From Marsupella aquatica (Eukaryota > Plantae > Marchantiophyta), in assembly GCA_973895155.1 (NCBI GenBank), contig OZ316896.1, positions 7,635,278-7,699,277 on the forward strand: 64,000 nt of DNA, read 5' to 3'. The notes under the pieces were generated by a model. That model saw nothing but the letters and a program-made list of their open reading frames with translations. It made no database searches and had not been told where the DNA came from. The position numbers and the translations under genes were made by a program. Of the stretch, positions 50,763 through 64,000 are shown one piece after another (position 1 is the first letter of the stretch; every line of letters begins with the position of its first letter).

Positions 50763-51521
50763 TCAGATATGAGTTGCATCCAAACTATCAAGCAGGTCCT
50801 GCAATCTACATCTAAGAGAACTAAGCTGCGATGTCGTGGCCGGGTCTAAAGCATGAAAAGATGATCTTGAAGATTCTATTGTATGCCTCCCTCGTGCAGT
50901 ATGATAACTTGAAGGTATATTGTCCGTCTTCAACTTTGTCTTCCGTGGAGTGACAGAAGTAGGCACCACAGAATGCAAGATCCCATAGTCGTCATCGCTT
51001 ATAGGTGACAAGGAATTAATAATGGCCTCACCGTCTTTGCAGCGGATCACTACGTCCACACATTCCATCTTTGCTGTAGCTCTATGGACAGTAGCAAACT
51101 AGACAAAGTCTTCCCTCTTGCTAAAATCCTATGGAGGCATCCCTATGAGATCAGTCGGTGCATCAAAAATCTTAGCTTGCACTGGAGGGAAGTGTGGCCC
51201 GATAGTAGAGTCAACTAGGAACACCTCAAAATGATACCTTTCTATCCAGGTCCCAGCAGCAACCAAATTATGGGGACATCGACTTGACCCTTCAACAGTG
51301 CAATTACACATCCACCCAGGTGTCACGAAGCGAGTGCATCCATGGTACAGAAACTTCCGCGGAAAATTGATTGGAGCATCAAAATTGACCACAAGAACCC
51401 TCATCGATGGGAAGGTCCTCATTTCTCCAGCATTGCAGCAGCCAACAACATCTTTAAGTGTGGCCATGTCTCTGAAAAGAGCCCAGAAAAAATCCAAACA
51501 ATAGTGGTGAAGGGCAGGCAC
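50763..51521 (-). pseudogene. RPA70 C-terminal-like OB-fold/zinc-ribbon gene (a type often carried by plant Helitrons)
   Basis: FLYHGC...CNC......RCPH...ERYHFEVFLVDSTIG...AKIFDAPTDLIGMP matches the Y.AC..C...RY.L...L.D.TG....F....L.G pattern. An in-frame stop lies at 51129. Confidence 0.6.
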
Positions 51522-51899
51522 TCAGCCGGGCGCAAGCACTACTCAGGAAGGGACGAATACCGATCTGCAATGGTTGCAAATCAAATGACAAGCCGGACTG
51601 CAGAACACTCGACAAATTGTGCAAAGTTGTCACTAGAGAAGGACATTATCATGGGGCGCAAAGTGAATGCAAGTAGAGGATCCAGAAGGGAGACCCGGAG
51701 TTTAGGGCCGAGTTTTGGGAGACATTGACTTTATGGGGACGTTGACTTTAGGGAGGCGGAGCTTTGGGAGACGTTGATTTTAGAGAGACGTGGAGTTTTT
51801 CTCTTGGGAGACATGGCGGACACTTCGTGTGCTTGGCCATGTTTTAATGGAGTAAATATGCGGCAAAATAAATCAAATAACACTAGTAGAAAACAATGT

Positions 51900-52520
51900 A
51901 TTTTATGACCGAAACAATGACTATTAATCAGGTCTTTTTAACAAAACAATCACGCAATTGTTCTCGTCTTTCCAGACGCGTCACAACGGACATTTTGGTC
52001 ACGGTCCTTTTGGACAAATGACGCTAAAAACATGTGGTCATTTCATACTATCCTAAATGACCGTTTTTATGATATGGTCATAAATGTTGAACGGTCCAAA
52101 ATGACGACACAAATCACCATCGACGGTCAATTGCCGTTGACCGTCGATGGTCCCCGTACCCAAACACACAACGACACGTGACAATAAAAAAACAAATAAC
52201 ATTGGTCATTTTGGACTTGTCCAAAATGACGTACATTATATAACAAGTCATATTGAGACACGTGGTTCAATTGGGAGAAGACACGTAAAGATACACATTA
52301 GTCATTAATGACATGTCTTGAATGACATAAAGTGAGTCATAGTGGACTTGTTTATAATGACCATGAGAAAGGTCATTGTATATGTCATTCTTTGAATCAT
52401 TTAGTCTATGTCTTTAATGACCAGAGTTGAGTCATATTGGTCACAAAGATAGTTGTGAATAATGACCATTACATCAGTCATTCTAGCTAGTCATTTAGTC
52501 ATTCAAGCCAGTCATTTAGA
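51900..52520. repeat. CACTA subterminal repeats (AATGAC/GTCATT in both orientations)
   Basis: Dense short motif array next to the CACTA terminus. Confidence 0.8.
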
Positions 52521-52870
52521 CGAAGTATTCAATGATTTGGAGAAATTCAAATTTAAGTGATCATGATAGATAAAACTTGATGTCAATCAAAAATCATACA
52601 TTACAAAGCCATTCAATAGATTTGCTGAATGAAAACTTAAAGAAACATTCGATATATATCACAAATCCAATTGATATTCATACAAGATACCTTCATAAGT
52701 CTCACGGTAAATATTGAACTCAATGCAAATTTATGAAACAAAATTACATTGACATCAATAATATTAGATTGTCAATTGTTACAACCTGACATACCAATCA
52801 CTCTGCATGTTTATAGAAAAACAGAGTTGTCATTCTATCATGTCTATTGTTTCTTGATAGAGTGCTATTT

Positions 52871-55800
52871 CTATTGCTTCTTAAGCAATCTAGAGTTCCA
52901 TAGGGCATTCATCCCTTTCACATCAGATAATTTAGACTGGTTCTCCCCTGAATTGGCAAATGGCAATGCCACATCTACAAACACTTCAATCACACGCACT
53001 CGCAAGAAAGGGCTTTCAAAATCTGCACAATGAAACTTATCTTCTCCTAGCAGCCCTGTCACCTCACCTTCTGCCACTATCATGGAATTGTCCACAACGC
53101 TCTTCATCTTCACCAAATCTCCTCTTGCAAACTGTGAACAACACATTTTGTTAAAAATGCAATAAACAGAAATTGAAAGATAGAAGAACACTCAAATCAA
53201 ACACACATTTACCTTTGCAACGGGGTTAGGAGACTGCATTGGTTTCTTCTGTGCAGGTGATGCATTTGCTGAGGATCCTTTCTTCCTTTTCTTCTTTCCC
53301 TTTCTAGTTGATGGAGTGTCATCCTGTTCACTTGGAATGGGAGTTTCTTTTGGCAACTCAGATGATTCTGGGGTTACATCTGGTGTCAACTGAGTCGACT
53401 TATCCTCTGGCAACTGAAAGGCATCTGAAATGGCTTCTTTGGGCAACTTAGATGGCAAAAGGTTCACTTCCAATTCAGTTTGCTTTAGAGTACTGTTAGC
53501 TGTGTCAGTTGGTCTTCCCTGCGACACAGGAGGCTCCCCTAAAGATGCTGTCATAAAACACACACAAAAGAAATGCATAAACAAACATGTATACACCAGC
53601 AACATATAATCACACTAAAAACATGCAAGTGTTGTAACTCATACTTGAGTTAAGTCTACCTTTGGGATAACTACCTATGTAACTACCCTAACTACTTAGG
53701 CCGTAGCCACATGTACATATTCTACCAAGAGTAAAGATGGAACCAACTCTTTGTCTCATTTCTCCCACAACACGTTATCAGCACGTAGCTCTCCACGAGC
53801 AATCTTTTCTTTGAGAGAAAGGCCAGATTTTCATTGAGTGTTTATAGATTTGACATAATTGCCCCTCCCAAGAAGCTATGGATGAGAACTTCTCGATCAC
53901 ATTTCTAATTTTAGGTTTAACAAGGACGTTTGTGATTCCTCCAAATGTCATTGCGGAAGCCATGGACTACCTATGCCAAACCATGACGGACCGATCTCAT
54001 AAGGACATTGAAGATCACTTAAGGAGGCACGAGAGAGAGCGAGAGAAAACGATTAAGCAAGAATCGAGAAAGAGTCGGTGTGAGAGAAAGCACTGGCAAT
54101 GAACATTGGTAAGGCGCTGACAAAGAGAATCGAAAGTATTAAGGATTGAGGCGAGAAACAATAAGGATTGAAGGTGAAGAAACCCCTCTGGAAACGACCT
54201 TTAAATCTGAGAAGAAACGAAACAAATTCTGATAAGGATAGCAGATAAGGAAAATTACAGAGGATCGAGGCATAAATCGATCGAGAGAGGAGGAAAGGCA
54301 CGAACAAAACAGAGGATCGAATGCAACCATTCAAAGACTGAGAGCGCATTCCATAAGGACAGCATTGAACAGAGACAAGAATTGAAAAGCAGTACCGCAG
54401 AACAGAATCCATAAGAAAAGACTGAACCTCACCCCACTGATCGAAGGCGAAAAAAAAAATTCAAGCAGCAGAAGCATCGGGAGGCACTGGCGAAGAAGCA
54501 TAAGAGAAATGAATCGATCTAAAGCGAAGAAAATCGAAGCGCCAGCGCGAAACTGAAGGCAAACAGAAACCCATAAGGACAATCGAATCAAGATTGGAAG
54601 ATTGAAAACTCGGGAGAAATACAAGAGCAGAAAGAGAAAGGAAAAACAAATACTCAGGGGGAGTGGGCTATTCGCACATCCCCTGGTCTACAACTTGAGA
54701 CAACAAGAACTTGAATTGAGAGAGAAAATTCGATGATGATGAAACAAGAATAGCATAAAGAAGCCACGCAACCGATGCAAGCGAGGGAGCGATAAGACAC
54801 GTCACGGAAGGAGAAAAGAGGGAATTTCCGTGCTGCCGAAGTTGCGACTGCACCAAAGAGAATCAGAGGAAAAGCAACTAGGAAAGAAACTACCGAGCGA
54901 TCGAGGGGCGCAAGAGCGCTAACAGCACAGATCAGCCCAAAGTAGAAGGAGTCTTTACGAAAAGGCGAACACAAGGATGAGGAAAGTAAGGAGGACAGCG
55001 ATGACCAATGGAAGTCCCAAAGTTACGGCACCTATAGCACAGAAGGACAAAGAATGCCAGTTTCGGTAAATAGTTCTCGTGAGATTGGCAGTATGCATGG
55101 ACGACATGGAACAATCCACGACCAGGGGTAGGGGCATTGGTGTTATGAACTTACGAGTTGACCATTGGGAGCCAGTGCCTGCAGGGTTCGCTTCCTGAGG
55201 ATCACACAATGACTTCCCGGGATTCAAATCGGAGAGATGATCTACCCACAATACACCGAATAAATCACTGGAGATAGCGTAGGCAGGTCCAGCAAATTAC
55301 CCTCAGTCGCCATTGCCCCTTCTGGAGAGCAACGATGGGTCTGTTCGAGAGCAACTAGTACCCTGGAGGAAGATGCTAAAGAAGAACGATTGGACCCAGA
55401 TACGATTCGGCACACAATAATAAGGACAGGGGAACAAACATCAAGGAGGCCCAAGTCATTCGAGTAAGATAGCGCACCCAAAATGATACAAGTGCCGTAT
55501 CAATTTAGACAAACAAGGATAACAAGGCACTGACGTCGATGGCATTCAACATGAAATATCGAGGAGGGCCTAGAGATAAGAACCCAAAATGTCGAAAGAA
55601 GACGGCACAATTCACGGGACACAAACAGACCACCACAGACCAAAATAGTGATGCAATGTGGAGGCGTCAAAATTTGGAAAGGAATGCAGCAAGAAGTGAA
55701 GTAGAGGGACGGAATGAAGGAAGGAACCATGCCACAATAAGCGAGTGAAGCAAAAAAACAAAAAAAAGGAGTACAACAAAAAGAAGCCATCAAACCAAAG

Positions 55801-58800
55801 GAAAGTCCTCCACCTTTTCTTCTAAGCAGACCATTTTACACTAAGGAATGGAGAACTAAAGAACAAAGAGACTTTCTCTTCAAAAGGCAAGAAAAACCAA
55901 ACAACAAGGCATGAAGTAAGGACATAAAGAAAGAAACTAAATTACAGAACCTACATGGCGACAAATGATGATTACTTCCACCAATTAATTTCATAAATTC
56001 AGGGGGAGAATTGTTTTTCCCAACGTGCCTACTGCACTTAAAAGTTAAGCTCTGTGCCTACTACACATGGAAGCCAATGAGTGCCTACTGCACATGGAAG
56101 TAAATGACAAATTGAGGGGGAGACCTCAAGTAAGACTTGACATCAAGCAATGTAACCCATGGGATGTGCCTATTGCACAAGTGCCTTTTGCACCAATGAA
56201 TACCTAAAAATGGAACTCTATTCCATGCATATGGCAAATCATGAAATCTAAGGAATTTTTATAAATGATTGAACATGGTGTTAACACAATCACTTACCAA
56301 TACTTGATGAGGTATACTGGATATTAAAGTACCATATGATAATATGAGGTACAGTACCAGGTCATAAGGTACCATAAGGTGAGACATGGCATGGTAAGGC
56401 ACCATAAGAGATGGTGCGCCATACCCCAATATGATAACCCTATGTTGTGGATATGGTACGTGATGTGGTGCAAATAGGTTATGCCCACACCAAATCTAGG
56501 GTTGGACACCCAATCCAATTCCAAGGCCATGGATTACACCATATCATCTTCATTTTGTACTAATACTTTGCTTTGTCATGGCATGTAATCGGTGACCATC
56601 AAGGAGTCTCCATTTCCCGATTGGAAGGAGACACGAGAAACAATCAACCAAGGAAGATCTTCAACAAGCCTATAGTGCACATACACTATATGCTTAAACC
56701 CAATTATGTTACACCCATGGGGATGGTAATACTCTTTCCTCCCACAAAGAAAGTAGGGGAGGTTTTAATGAGGTTACATCCTCCACTTACACTTTACCAT
56801 GCAACATGAATTATAAGACATCCATTAGGAGAAGCTTTACATTCATAGTAGACTTGAGATGGCTGCACCATTTATAAAATAGGCTAGACATAAACAAAAC
56901 CTATTGTATACCACTGAGTATACCCAAAGTAGACTCTTGATTGTAACATTTCAACCCCAATGTTACAAAGGGGGAGTGTTGTAACTCATACTTGAGTTAA
57001 GTCTACCTTTGGGATAACTACCTATGTAACTACCCTAACTACTTAGGCCGTAGCCACATGTACATATTCTACCAAGAGTAAAGATGGAACCAACTCTTTG
57101 TCTCATTTCTCCCACAACAGCAAGAACATTATAAACATGCAATGACATATACACATCACAATAATTACATTGAATGGACAGTGTATACATGATAGAGAAT
57201 TTTACCTTCATTATCGCCTGAAAAAGTAAGAGATCGCTTTCTACTACCTTGTTTGGTAGTTGTAGTCAACTTACTGTGACTAGGCACAACTGTTGGAACT
57301 TGTGCATTACTAGGGTGATGTGCCATCCACGTAGTCATCATGTTTGTCAACTCCCTCACAGTGCCTTTCAACTCAGCGACATCCAATTTCACAGCCCCAA
57401 TGGCAGTGATCTCTTCTTTTGAATGTGGGGTCTGTAAATGAACCACAAACCAACACAACATTCTCACTGTCAAACTAACAAACGACACAACACTCTATCA
57501 AATGGAGAATGATGTACAAATCAAATTGGTATGACAATACTCACAGCTGATCCATGTCTGTTTCCTTGCCCCAGTAAGCTAGCACTTTTACCCTCCCCAC
57601 TTGCCAATGATGGGCTCACCTTTGCTCCCACAAAACTACCAGTCTGACCTTCTGCACTTGCCAATGATGGGCTCATTGTCACCTTTGGCAATGAACCCTG
57701 ACTACCATGGTTTTCTTTAAGGTCAGATATACCTGGGCTTGATCCTCTCTTATGCTTCTGTTCAAACACACAATGAATGAGAAATCACAGAGTTTGTTTT
57801 CATCAAGATTCACAAACAAGACAGAATTGATAGTGAAAATGATAGACAATTTACCATTCTCTTTGCTGCTGCAGCATGCCCTCCCCTTCCAAAGTGAGAG
57901 GTATCTTGCACTCGTGCTCTTTTATCAGTCATCTGTTTACTCAAAGATATCAATGTTGGACTGGTAAAATGAGATACCAAAGCTGCCCATTTCTTTCGAT
58001 CAACACCAGATGGCCCAGGTTTGGTTGGATCGTCATTGCAAACTTTCTTCCAATAAACATGCATTTTATGGCGCTCTCTCTCTCTTCAATATGCCACGAC
58101 AATGACTCTGGAATTTGGTGTTAATAAATTCCCCACCCACATACTCCCACTCAGCTGCCATGTTATTCCACACTGTGGTTGTATGAACTTGTGGATGATC
58201 AGTCCATTTTGGCTTTGATACATCAAAGACTCTGAGTACGTTGCCACGAAGTTCCTCCAGCCAGTATTGTTTGTTGCCATCAGAATCATCAATATCATTG
58301 TCATAAATCTGCATTTCACAGACAATGTTAGATCATAACTCTGGAATTTATGCAGAGTCCAGGTTTTATACACACAACAACAGAGAGGATCAGATTTGTC
58401 TAAATCTACATTCAAAACAAGTACAATACTCACTTTAATGTGTTTGGGCACCTCTCCGCAATCCCTTCGTTGTTTGGCAGTATTATCAAACTGCTTCTTA
58501 GCATGCCTTCGTTCCCTGCGCATCTCAGAGGCCCCTCCTGCAATGCACACACATGCATTCAATCAAAAAATATGTACATGATTGAAAAGTTGAGCAAATG
58601 TACTTGCATATGCATGACGAGCAGATTGTGTATTACCTGAAGATCCTCTGGAATGTAGTACATCAGATTGACCTGATCTGCCTTCAGATGCTGATGGAAC
58701 CACTAAACAAACACACAACACCAAAGCACTTCAATTAATTTCATTTCCAAGTAGAATATCAACTTCCAAACACACCTGAAAAGTAGAACAGTACAATCCA

Positions 58801-59206
58801 CTCACTTTCATATAAGAGTCCAGTGTCTGGGTCTTTCCAACATCTCACTAGCCCACCTCCACCAGGCCCAGTCTTCTTAGGACCACGATTTTGTTTCTGT
58901 ACCTACATCATGGACAACGTAAGCATATCAACATATAATTTGAAAAAGGGACAAGGATCCCTTCCTATTAGGATGATGAAGTTCAAGCATTACCTGTTGT
59001 GCACTCTCTGGTTCTGACCCTCCAATGTCAGAATCCTCAGTGTCATACTCAGAAGGAGAACCATAGCCATCATCACCAAACTTTGCCATGTTCACCTTGG
59101 TAACTTCTGATAGTCTAGAGCTCCTCCTCTTTGGCAATGTTTCAGTTGAAGTACCTTTCACCAAAGCAGGCTTTCCTCTCTCTCGTTGTACATGTGTGGT
59201 TGGGCC
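52871..59206 (-). pseudogene. CACTA TnpA/Ptta-like accessory gene, multi-exon, with an LTR element in an intron
   Basis: KWAALVSHFTSP...SKQMTDKRARVQDTSHFGRGG (Ptta/Transposase_24-like) and a terminal exon IVAEGEVTG...DKFHC...VIEVFVDVALPF. The start position is uncertain. Confidence 0.65.
53630..57119 (+). mobile_element. Non-autonomous Copia-type (Bianca-like) LTR element with identical 143-bp LTRs
   Basis: LTRs 53630-53772 and 56977-57119 are identical by eye. TSD GCAAG, PBS CGTTATCAGCACG, PPT AAAGGGGGAG. No gag/pol motifs. Confidence 0.93.
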
Positions 59207-59636
59207 TCTAAGGAACAAAGCAATCATCAACATACACCAATGCAGATCAAACATACATGCAAAATGAATCTACAACACCGTAACACTAGTACTTATGTAC
59301 AGGATCCATACTAGTATGAGACCAATCTGGAATATGAAAACAGAACATGAACCTGACAACTCCATCTACTGAATCAAATTTGCAATAGACATATCAACAC
59401 ACACATCAGCTTGCAGTCTGGCCCCAGTCCTAGATCACGCATAATTCTGACATTATGCTCTATGTTCCGATTTCGGGCCTCCTCATAAGGATTCACAGAA
59501 TGTGACAACCCTTGCAATCTTCCTTTCACAGGCTGCATTCACCAACTGCACAAATGGGTAAACCATTAGTCTGATTTCATAAATAGTCCATACATGTAGT
59601 CCATCTATGGACTTCACACACCTAGCTAAAACCTAT

Positions 59637-62600
59637 TCACTGCTTAGGCCTGCCCTTTCTTGCAGATCCCTCTGCATCTCTGCCTCGTTTGGGACCAGTA
59701 CTTGGTCCTGGATTTTCTCTGGACCTACAGGCCTTAGCCAATTCGATGTGTAATTTGGCATTGTTTTCCATTGTAGCATGGAAATCAACGTCTATGTAAT
59801 CACCTAACACCCTTGTGGACCTGGATTCTTTGTGGAGGATTGTTCTCCATGCTATCCCCTTCTCATTGCGGTGGAAGAAAACCTGCTCCACTTGCTTTGG
59901 GAAAACGTAATCCATTTTCTTGGACACACCCAGTTCTCTATGGAAATTCACCTGCCAAAGACCAGACTTGGTATACCTCATACTGGCAGAGGATTTAGGA
60001 GTCCATGATGGATCTGCCCATTTCCCTTTGAAAAGAATCACCTCTTTCCTCAAGCTGCCATAATTCAGTACCAAGATATCTGTCAAGGCCCCTACATACT
60101 GTACAGATTCTTCTATGGTTGCACCAGACCTGTCCACTCGCTTCTCAGTGAATGTAGAAGCCATCCCAGAATCAAAAGTGCTGAAAGCACCAGAATCACA
60201 ATCACTCAAACACCCCAAGGATGGAATAGTCCTCCAATGGTGCCCATAGGCTCTACATGCCCTATACAGTCGTGCCTTCAAACTAGGTGGTGTGGAGTAT
60301 GCAGATAGTAATGACCGCTCAGACTCTTTCTCAAAATTATGGGTATTGACTAATGTTTGAAACCATTCCCTGAAAGGTGGCAATTCTTGGTAGTCTACGG
60401 GAAATTCCACTGGTTTTCTTCGATTGGCAGGCTTCCTCATCCACTCCTTCCGGAAATCCACTCTTCGTTTGGTAACAGTCTCATTGGTAGCATCATATAT
60501 CCTGCATGGCAACAACAACACTGAAGACATTAGTGCACGATCCACTATGAATATACAAACACAATGGGGCAACATAATTATGATCCATATGCCTAAGGAT
60601 AGGAGAGTTTCTAGGGTTTATGTACCTGTACCATGGAGCCACTGTCTCTTCATTCTCTAATATATAATGATGCATGGCCATCATTTTAGACCAATCCAAA
60701 GTTATCGCCTTTGCAGCCCCTTCCAAAACAATGCCTGCAACGCCAGCATCCTCCTCCAACTCCCAGGTTCGTTTTCCCTCTCCCTTTGCATCAATCATGT
60801 ATTCAAAAAGAAATCCCAAAGACTCATCTAATACATAGCCTTCAGCCATAGAAGCCTCTGGACGTGCCTTGTTTCGTACATAACCCTTCAATACCTTCAG
60901 GTTCCTCTCTATTGGGTACATCCATCTGCCTGTAACTGGGCCACACAAGTCTAATTCCTCCACTAGGTGAATCATTAAATGGGTCATGACATCAAAGAAG
61001 CTTGGTGGAAAATGGATTTCCAAAATGCAGAGAGTGAATGCAACATCCATCATCAAATTCTCATACATTGAAGGGTCCCACACCTTCGTACAGATCTGGC
61101 GATAGATATTGCTCACCCCAGCTATGGCCAAGCGAACCCCTTCATCAAGTAATCCCATTGTTGCCAGAGGGAGAATCTGTTGCATGAGTTGGTGGAAATC
61201 ATGTGATTTCAACCCAGAGAGTTTCTTGGATTTTGTAACACACTTTGCCAAAGAACTTGAAAAACCAGTGGGCCCTTTCAAGGTCAATAAAACCTCCAAG
61301 AACCTTGTTCTTTCCTTCTTGCTCAGGCAATATGGGGCTGGGGGCATCAACAATTTGTCATCCTTACGCTTGGGAGCTGGATTGGGTACAAGCCATAGGT
61401 GTTGGCGCACCTGTAAGAGCTTCATGTCTTCTCTCACAGAAGGAGTGTCCTTGGTCCCAATGATAGTGTGCACAATGTTGTGTGCAAGATTCTTCTCACA
61501 GTGCATGGGATCTAGACAATGGTTAATGAGTAGTTTCTGCAGTGGACACACAATTCAGAAATTAGGGCATTGAATACAACTTTTGGCATCACTGGGCAGT
61601 AGTTTGTGCAGTGGACACAATTCAGAAATTAGTGCATTGAATACAACAATTACAAAATCTGGGCTACAGGAAGTATATGAAGAGAATATATTTCAAAGTC
61701 ATATGAAGAGATTGCAGAAATTCATTGTAGTAGTATGGAGTCTTACATTCCAATAGGGCAACTTGTACAGACCAGTAGCCCTCTTCACTCCATGCACCTT
61801 TATGGGGCATTTCTCATCCTCAACCTTGGTTCCTCCCTTCTTCAAATATTCTGTTGTCTCGTCTCCCCACTTCTTTCTATCAGAGCTTGTCATTCTACAC
61901 GGTGCAGGTCGACTCTCAATTGCACCATCAAAGTATTGTGCACTATCTGGTCTACGAAAAAGATGCCTTGCTGCTAACCATCGACGGTGGCCACTGTACT
62001 CTAATTTCTGCAAGTGCTTAGAACAACGTGCCACACATTCTGGCCCACAGATGACACATCCTTTGTATCCAGAGTGTTGTTGTCCAGATATTAAACCATA
62101 TGCAGGGTAATCATTGATTGTCCACAATAGCACAGCCCTAAGGTTGAAGTGTTGAGACAATCCTGGGCGTGGCAATTTGTCAAAGTAGGGCACTCCTTTC
62201 TTCCACAACAGCTCCAACTCCTCATAGAATGGGCCCAATATTATGTCTAGCTGTTCCTCTGTTACTGAATCAGGTCCTGGAATCAGCATAGCTAGCATGA
62301 CAAAGAACTTCTTGGTGGTAAGCCAAGGAGGTAAATTGTAATTCAACAACAGTATTGGCCAGGTAGACCAAGCTGTGGAATTATTCCCAAAGGGATTCAC
62401 CCCATCAAGTGCCAACCCAAATCGCACATTCCTTGGTTCAGCTGCAAATTCCCGATCAATATTTGTATCCACATGCTTCCAAGCCTTTGAATCTGCTGCG
62501 TGCCGAACCATGTTGTCTGTGCTTCTATTCTCATGATGCCAAGTCATGAGTTTAGATGTACCAGCAGTGGCATACAATCTCTTCAACCTGGGAATTATAG

Positions 62601-63623
62601 GGAAATACCGCACTACCTTCCTTGCCTATAATGAATTCCCCACTCTCTTCATCTTGGGCTGCTGACACACTGAACAGTTTTCTAACTTGGCATTCTCACC
62701 CCTAAAGAGCATACAACCTTTCTCACAGACAGGGATTCTCTCATAATCCAAGCCAAGCTTTCTCAATAGCTGCTTTGCAGCATATAAGTTCTTGGGCAGA
62801 TTATGCTCTGTAGGCATACCATGCTCCCCCATCAAAGACAACAATGCATTCACTCCTTTGTTTGAGAATCCATGGCCATGACAGATGTTCAGCAGAAGCA
62901 ACATGAATGACACAACATCTATTTTGCTGCCTGGGAACAAAGGTTGCATTGCTGCATCTAAAGATAACTGTGCAGGATCAGTCTCCACAGGAGTTTTGGA
63001 GGTTTCAAGGGGGTTTACAGGATGGGCACCTCCTTCACTCTCATCATCCCCAAGTACAAAATCCAAGTCAAAACGGTCCTGATCATCTAGCTCATGCTCA
63101 GGGGATTCTTCACTGGTTCTCAGCAACGTTTCTTCCAGTAGAGCCCTGATATGTTCTTCGACATCTATAGTTCTTGAACATCCACAGTTGGATACTCTGG
63201 AACATCCACAGTTGGATACTCTGGAACATCTACAAATAAATGTTCTTCAACATCTACAGTTGGCTGTTGTGCACAGGTTGCCTGCTGAAGGTTTGCTACC
63301 CTCAATGCCTCAGGGCCATGTTGTGACATGTAGTCAGCACCCCACTCTTCATCAGAAGAGTCCTGTCCCTCTCCCACCCACACTCGACATGCAGGGTACC
63401 GACCATGTTTAATAAGGTGCAGTCTAGCAGTATTCCGATTAGTCCTATAATTCCCTTTGCAGTTCATACAAGGGCAGTACATCTTATGGTCCCCACTCTT
63501 GTGGCAGGCCTTCTGTTCTCGAACCCACAAAGCATCATCACGATGTTGTACTCTAGCTGGATGGAAGAGCGGCAACTTTGGAGTTCTACCCACACCTAAC
63601 GTATTCTGTGGCAATTGTGCCAT
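59637..63623 (-). pseudogene. CACTA transposase (Tnp2/TnpD: transposase-associated domain, Transposase_21, DUF4218/DUF4216-like); one frameshift and one stop
   Basis: YCPCMNCKG, RNVRFGLALDGVNPF, NLPPWL, WTINDYPAYG, DPMHCEKN, GLKSHDFH, WMYPIER. Introns at 61746-61537 and 60625-60502; stop at 62626; frameshift at ~63170. Confidence 0.95.
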
Positions 63624-64000
63624 GCTAGCTTGATTGAAATTGTATTCAAACTATGATTTTCAAACTGAATCAGAGTGACATGCATACAAAATTGGGCCTA
63701 CCGTCATAGTTGTACAACCGATGCCAACCACAGTCCAATTGCTCAAACCCACAGAGCCCAGTTTCTCAAATCCACTGTAGTAGGGCACCTTCTCCTTGCA
63801 TACAAATAGAGCATCACATACAGTGTCATCAGAATGATACTATGAACGTATTTGTTTGCCTATTAGGAATGTGAGCAGACAGGTCTGGAATAAGTAACGT
63901 TTGTGACACCAGTGACAAATTTACAAGTGAAGTTTAGACATCAATATGGAGGAAAGTCACACTCAAAGTACATGCTTGAAAATCGGAATCCTACCCTGGA

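Larger units (their letters stand above)
51881..64000 (-). mobile_element. CACTA/En-Spm DNA transposon (one terminus in window; the other lies beyond 64000)
   Basis: CACTAGTAGAAAA terminus at 51881, a subterminal repeat field, and Tnp2-type transposase plus TnpA-like genes. Confidence 0.9.

Noticed and set aside
54053-55793. Hydrophobic membrane-protein ORFs on the minus strand
   Set aside because: The F/L/S richness follows from the A-rich plus strand of the LTR element interior; no domain is recognisable.

Overview
Repeat-saturated nuclear DNA from a land plant, most likely a bryophyte. The evidence is spliceosomal introns and a liverwort/moss-like psbC-trnS-psbZ plastid insertion. No clear intact host gene is present; the window is a nest of decayed transposons. 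The dominant feature is a ~17 kb composite Mutator-like (MULE) element (~12340-29323), with a second, inverted partial copy at 1-3133. It carries a DDE+SWIM transposase pseudogene and unusual cargo: a 5-exon gene joining a ParB/Srx-like domain (DGNHR) to a beta-class N4/N6 DNA methyltransferase-like domain, a Ulp1-type SUMO protease and an intact FCP1/NIF-type HAD phosphatase ORF. About 20 copies of a 15-bp palindrome, TAGCGCCNGGCGCTA, lie only in the introns and intergenic DNA of these MULE copies. This suggests a transposon-encoded, sequence-specific self-marking or anti-silencing system, which is an inference. The rest of the window holds ORF-bearing Gypsy-type LTR-like units (3134, 11667, and a TSD-flanked 4 kb unit at 40201-44176), a Bianca-like Copia remnant, a Tnt1-like Copia (36812-46749), an RPA-like/SAM-like gene region that may be a Helitron, and a CACTA element (51881 to beyond the window) containing a very young non-autonomous LTR element (53630-57119). 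All calls come from reading motifs by eye; no database searches were run.
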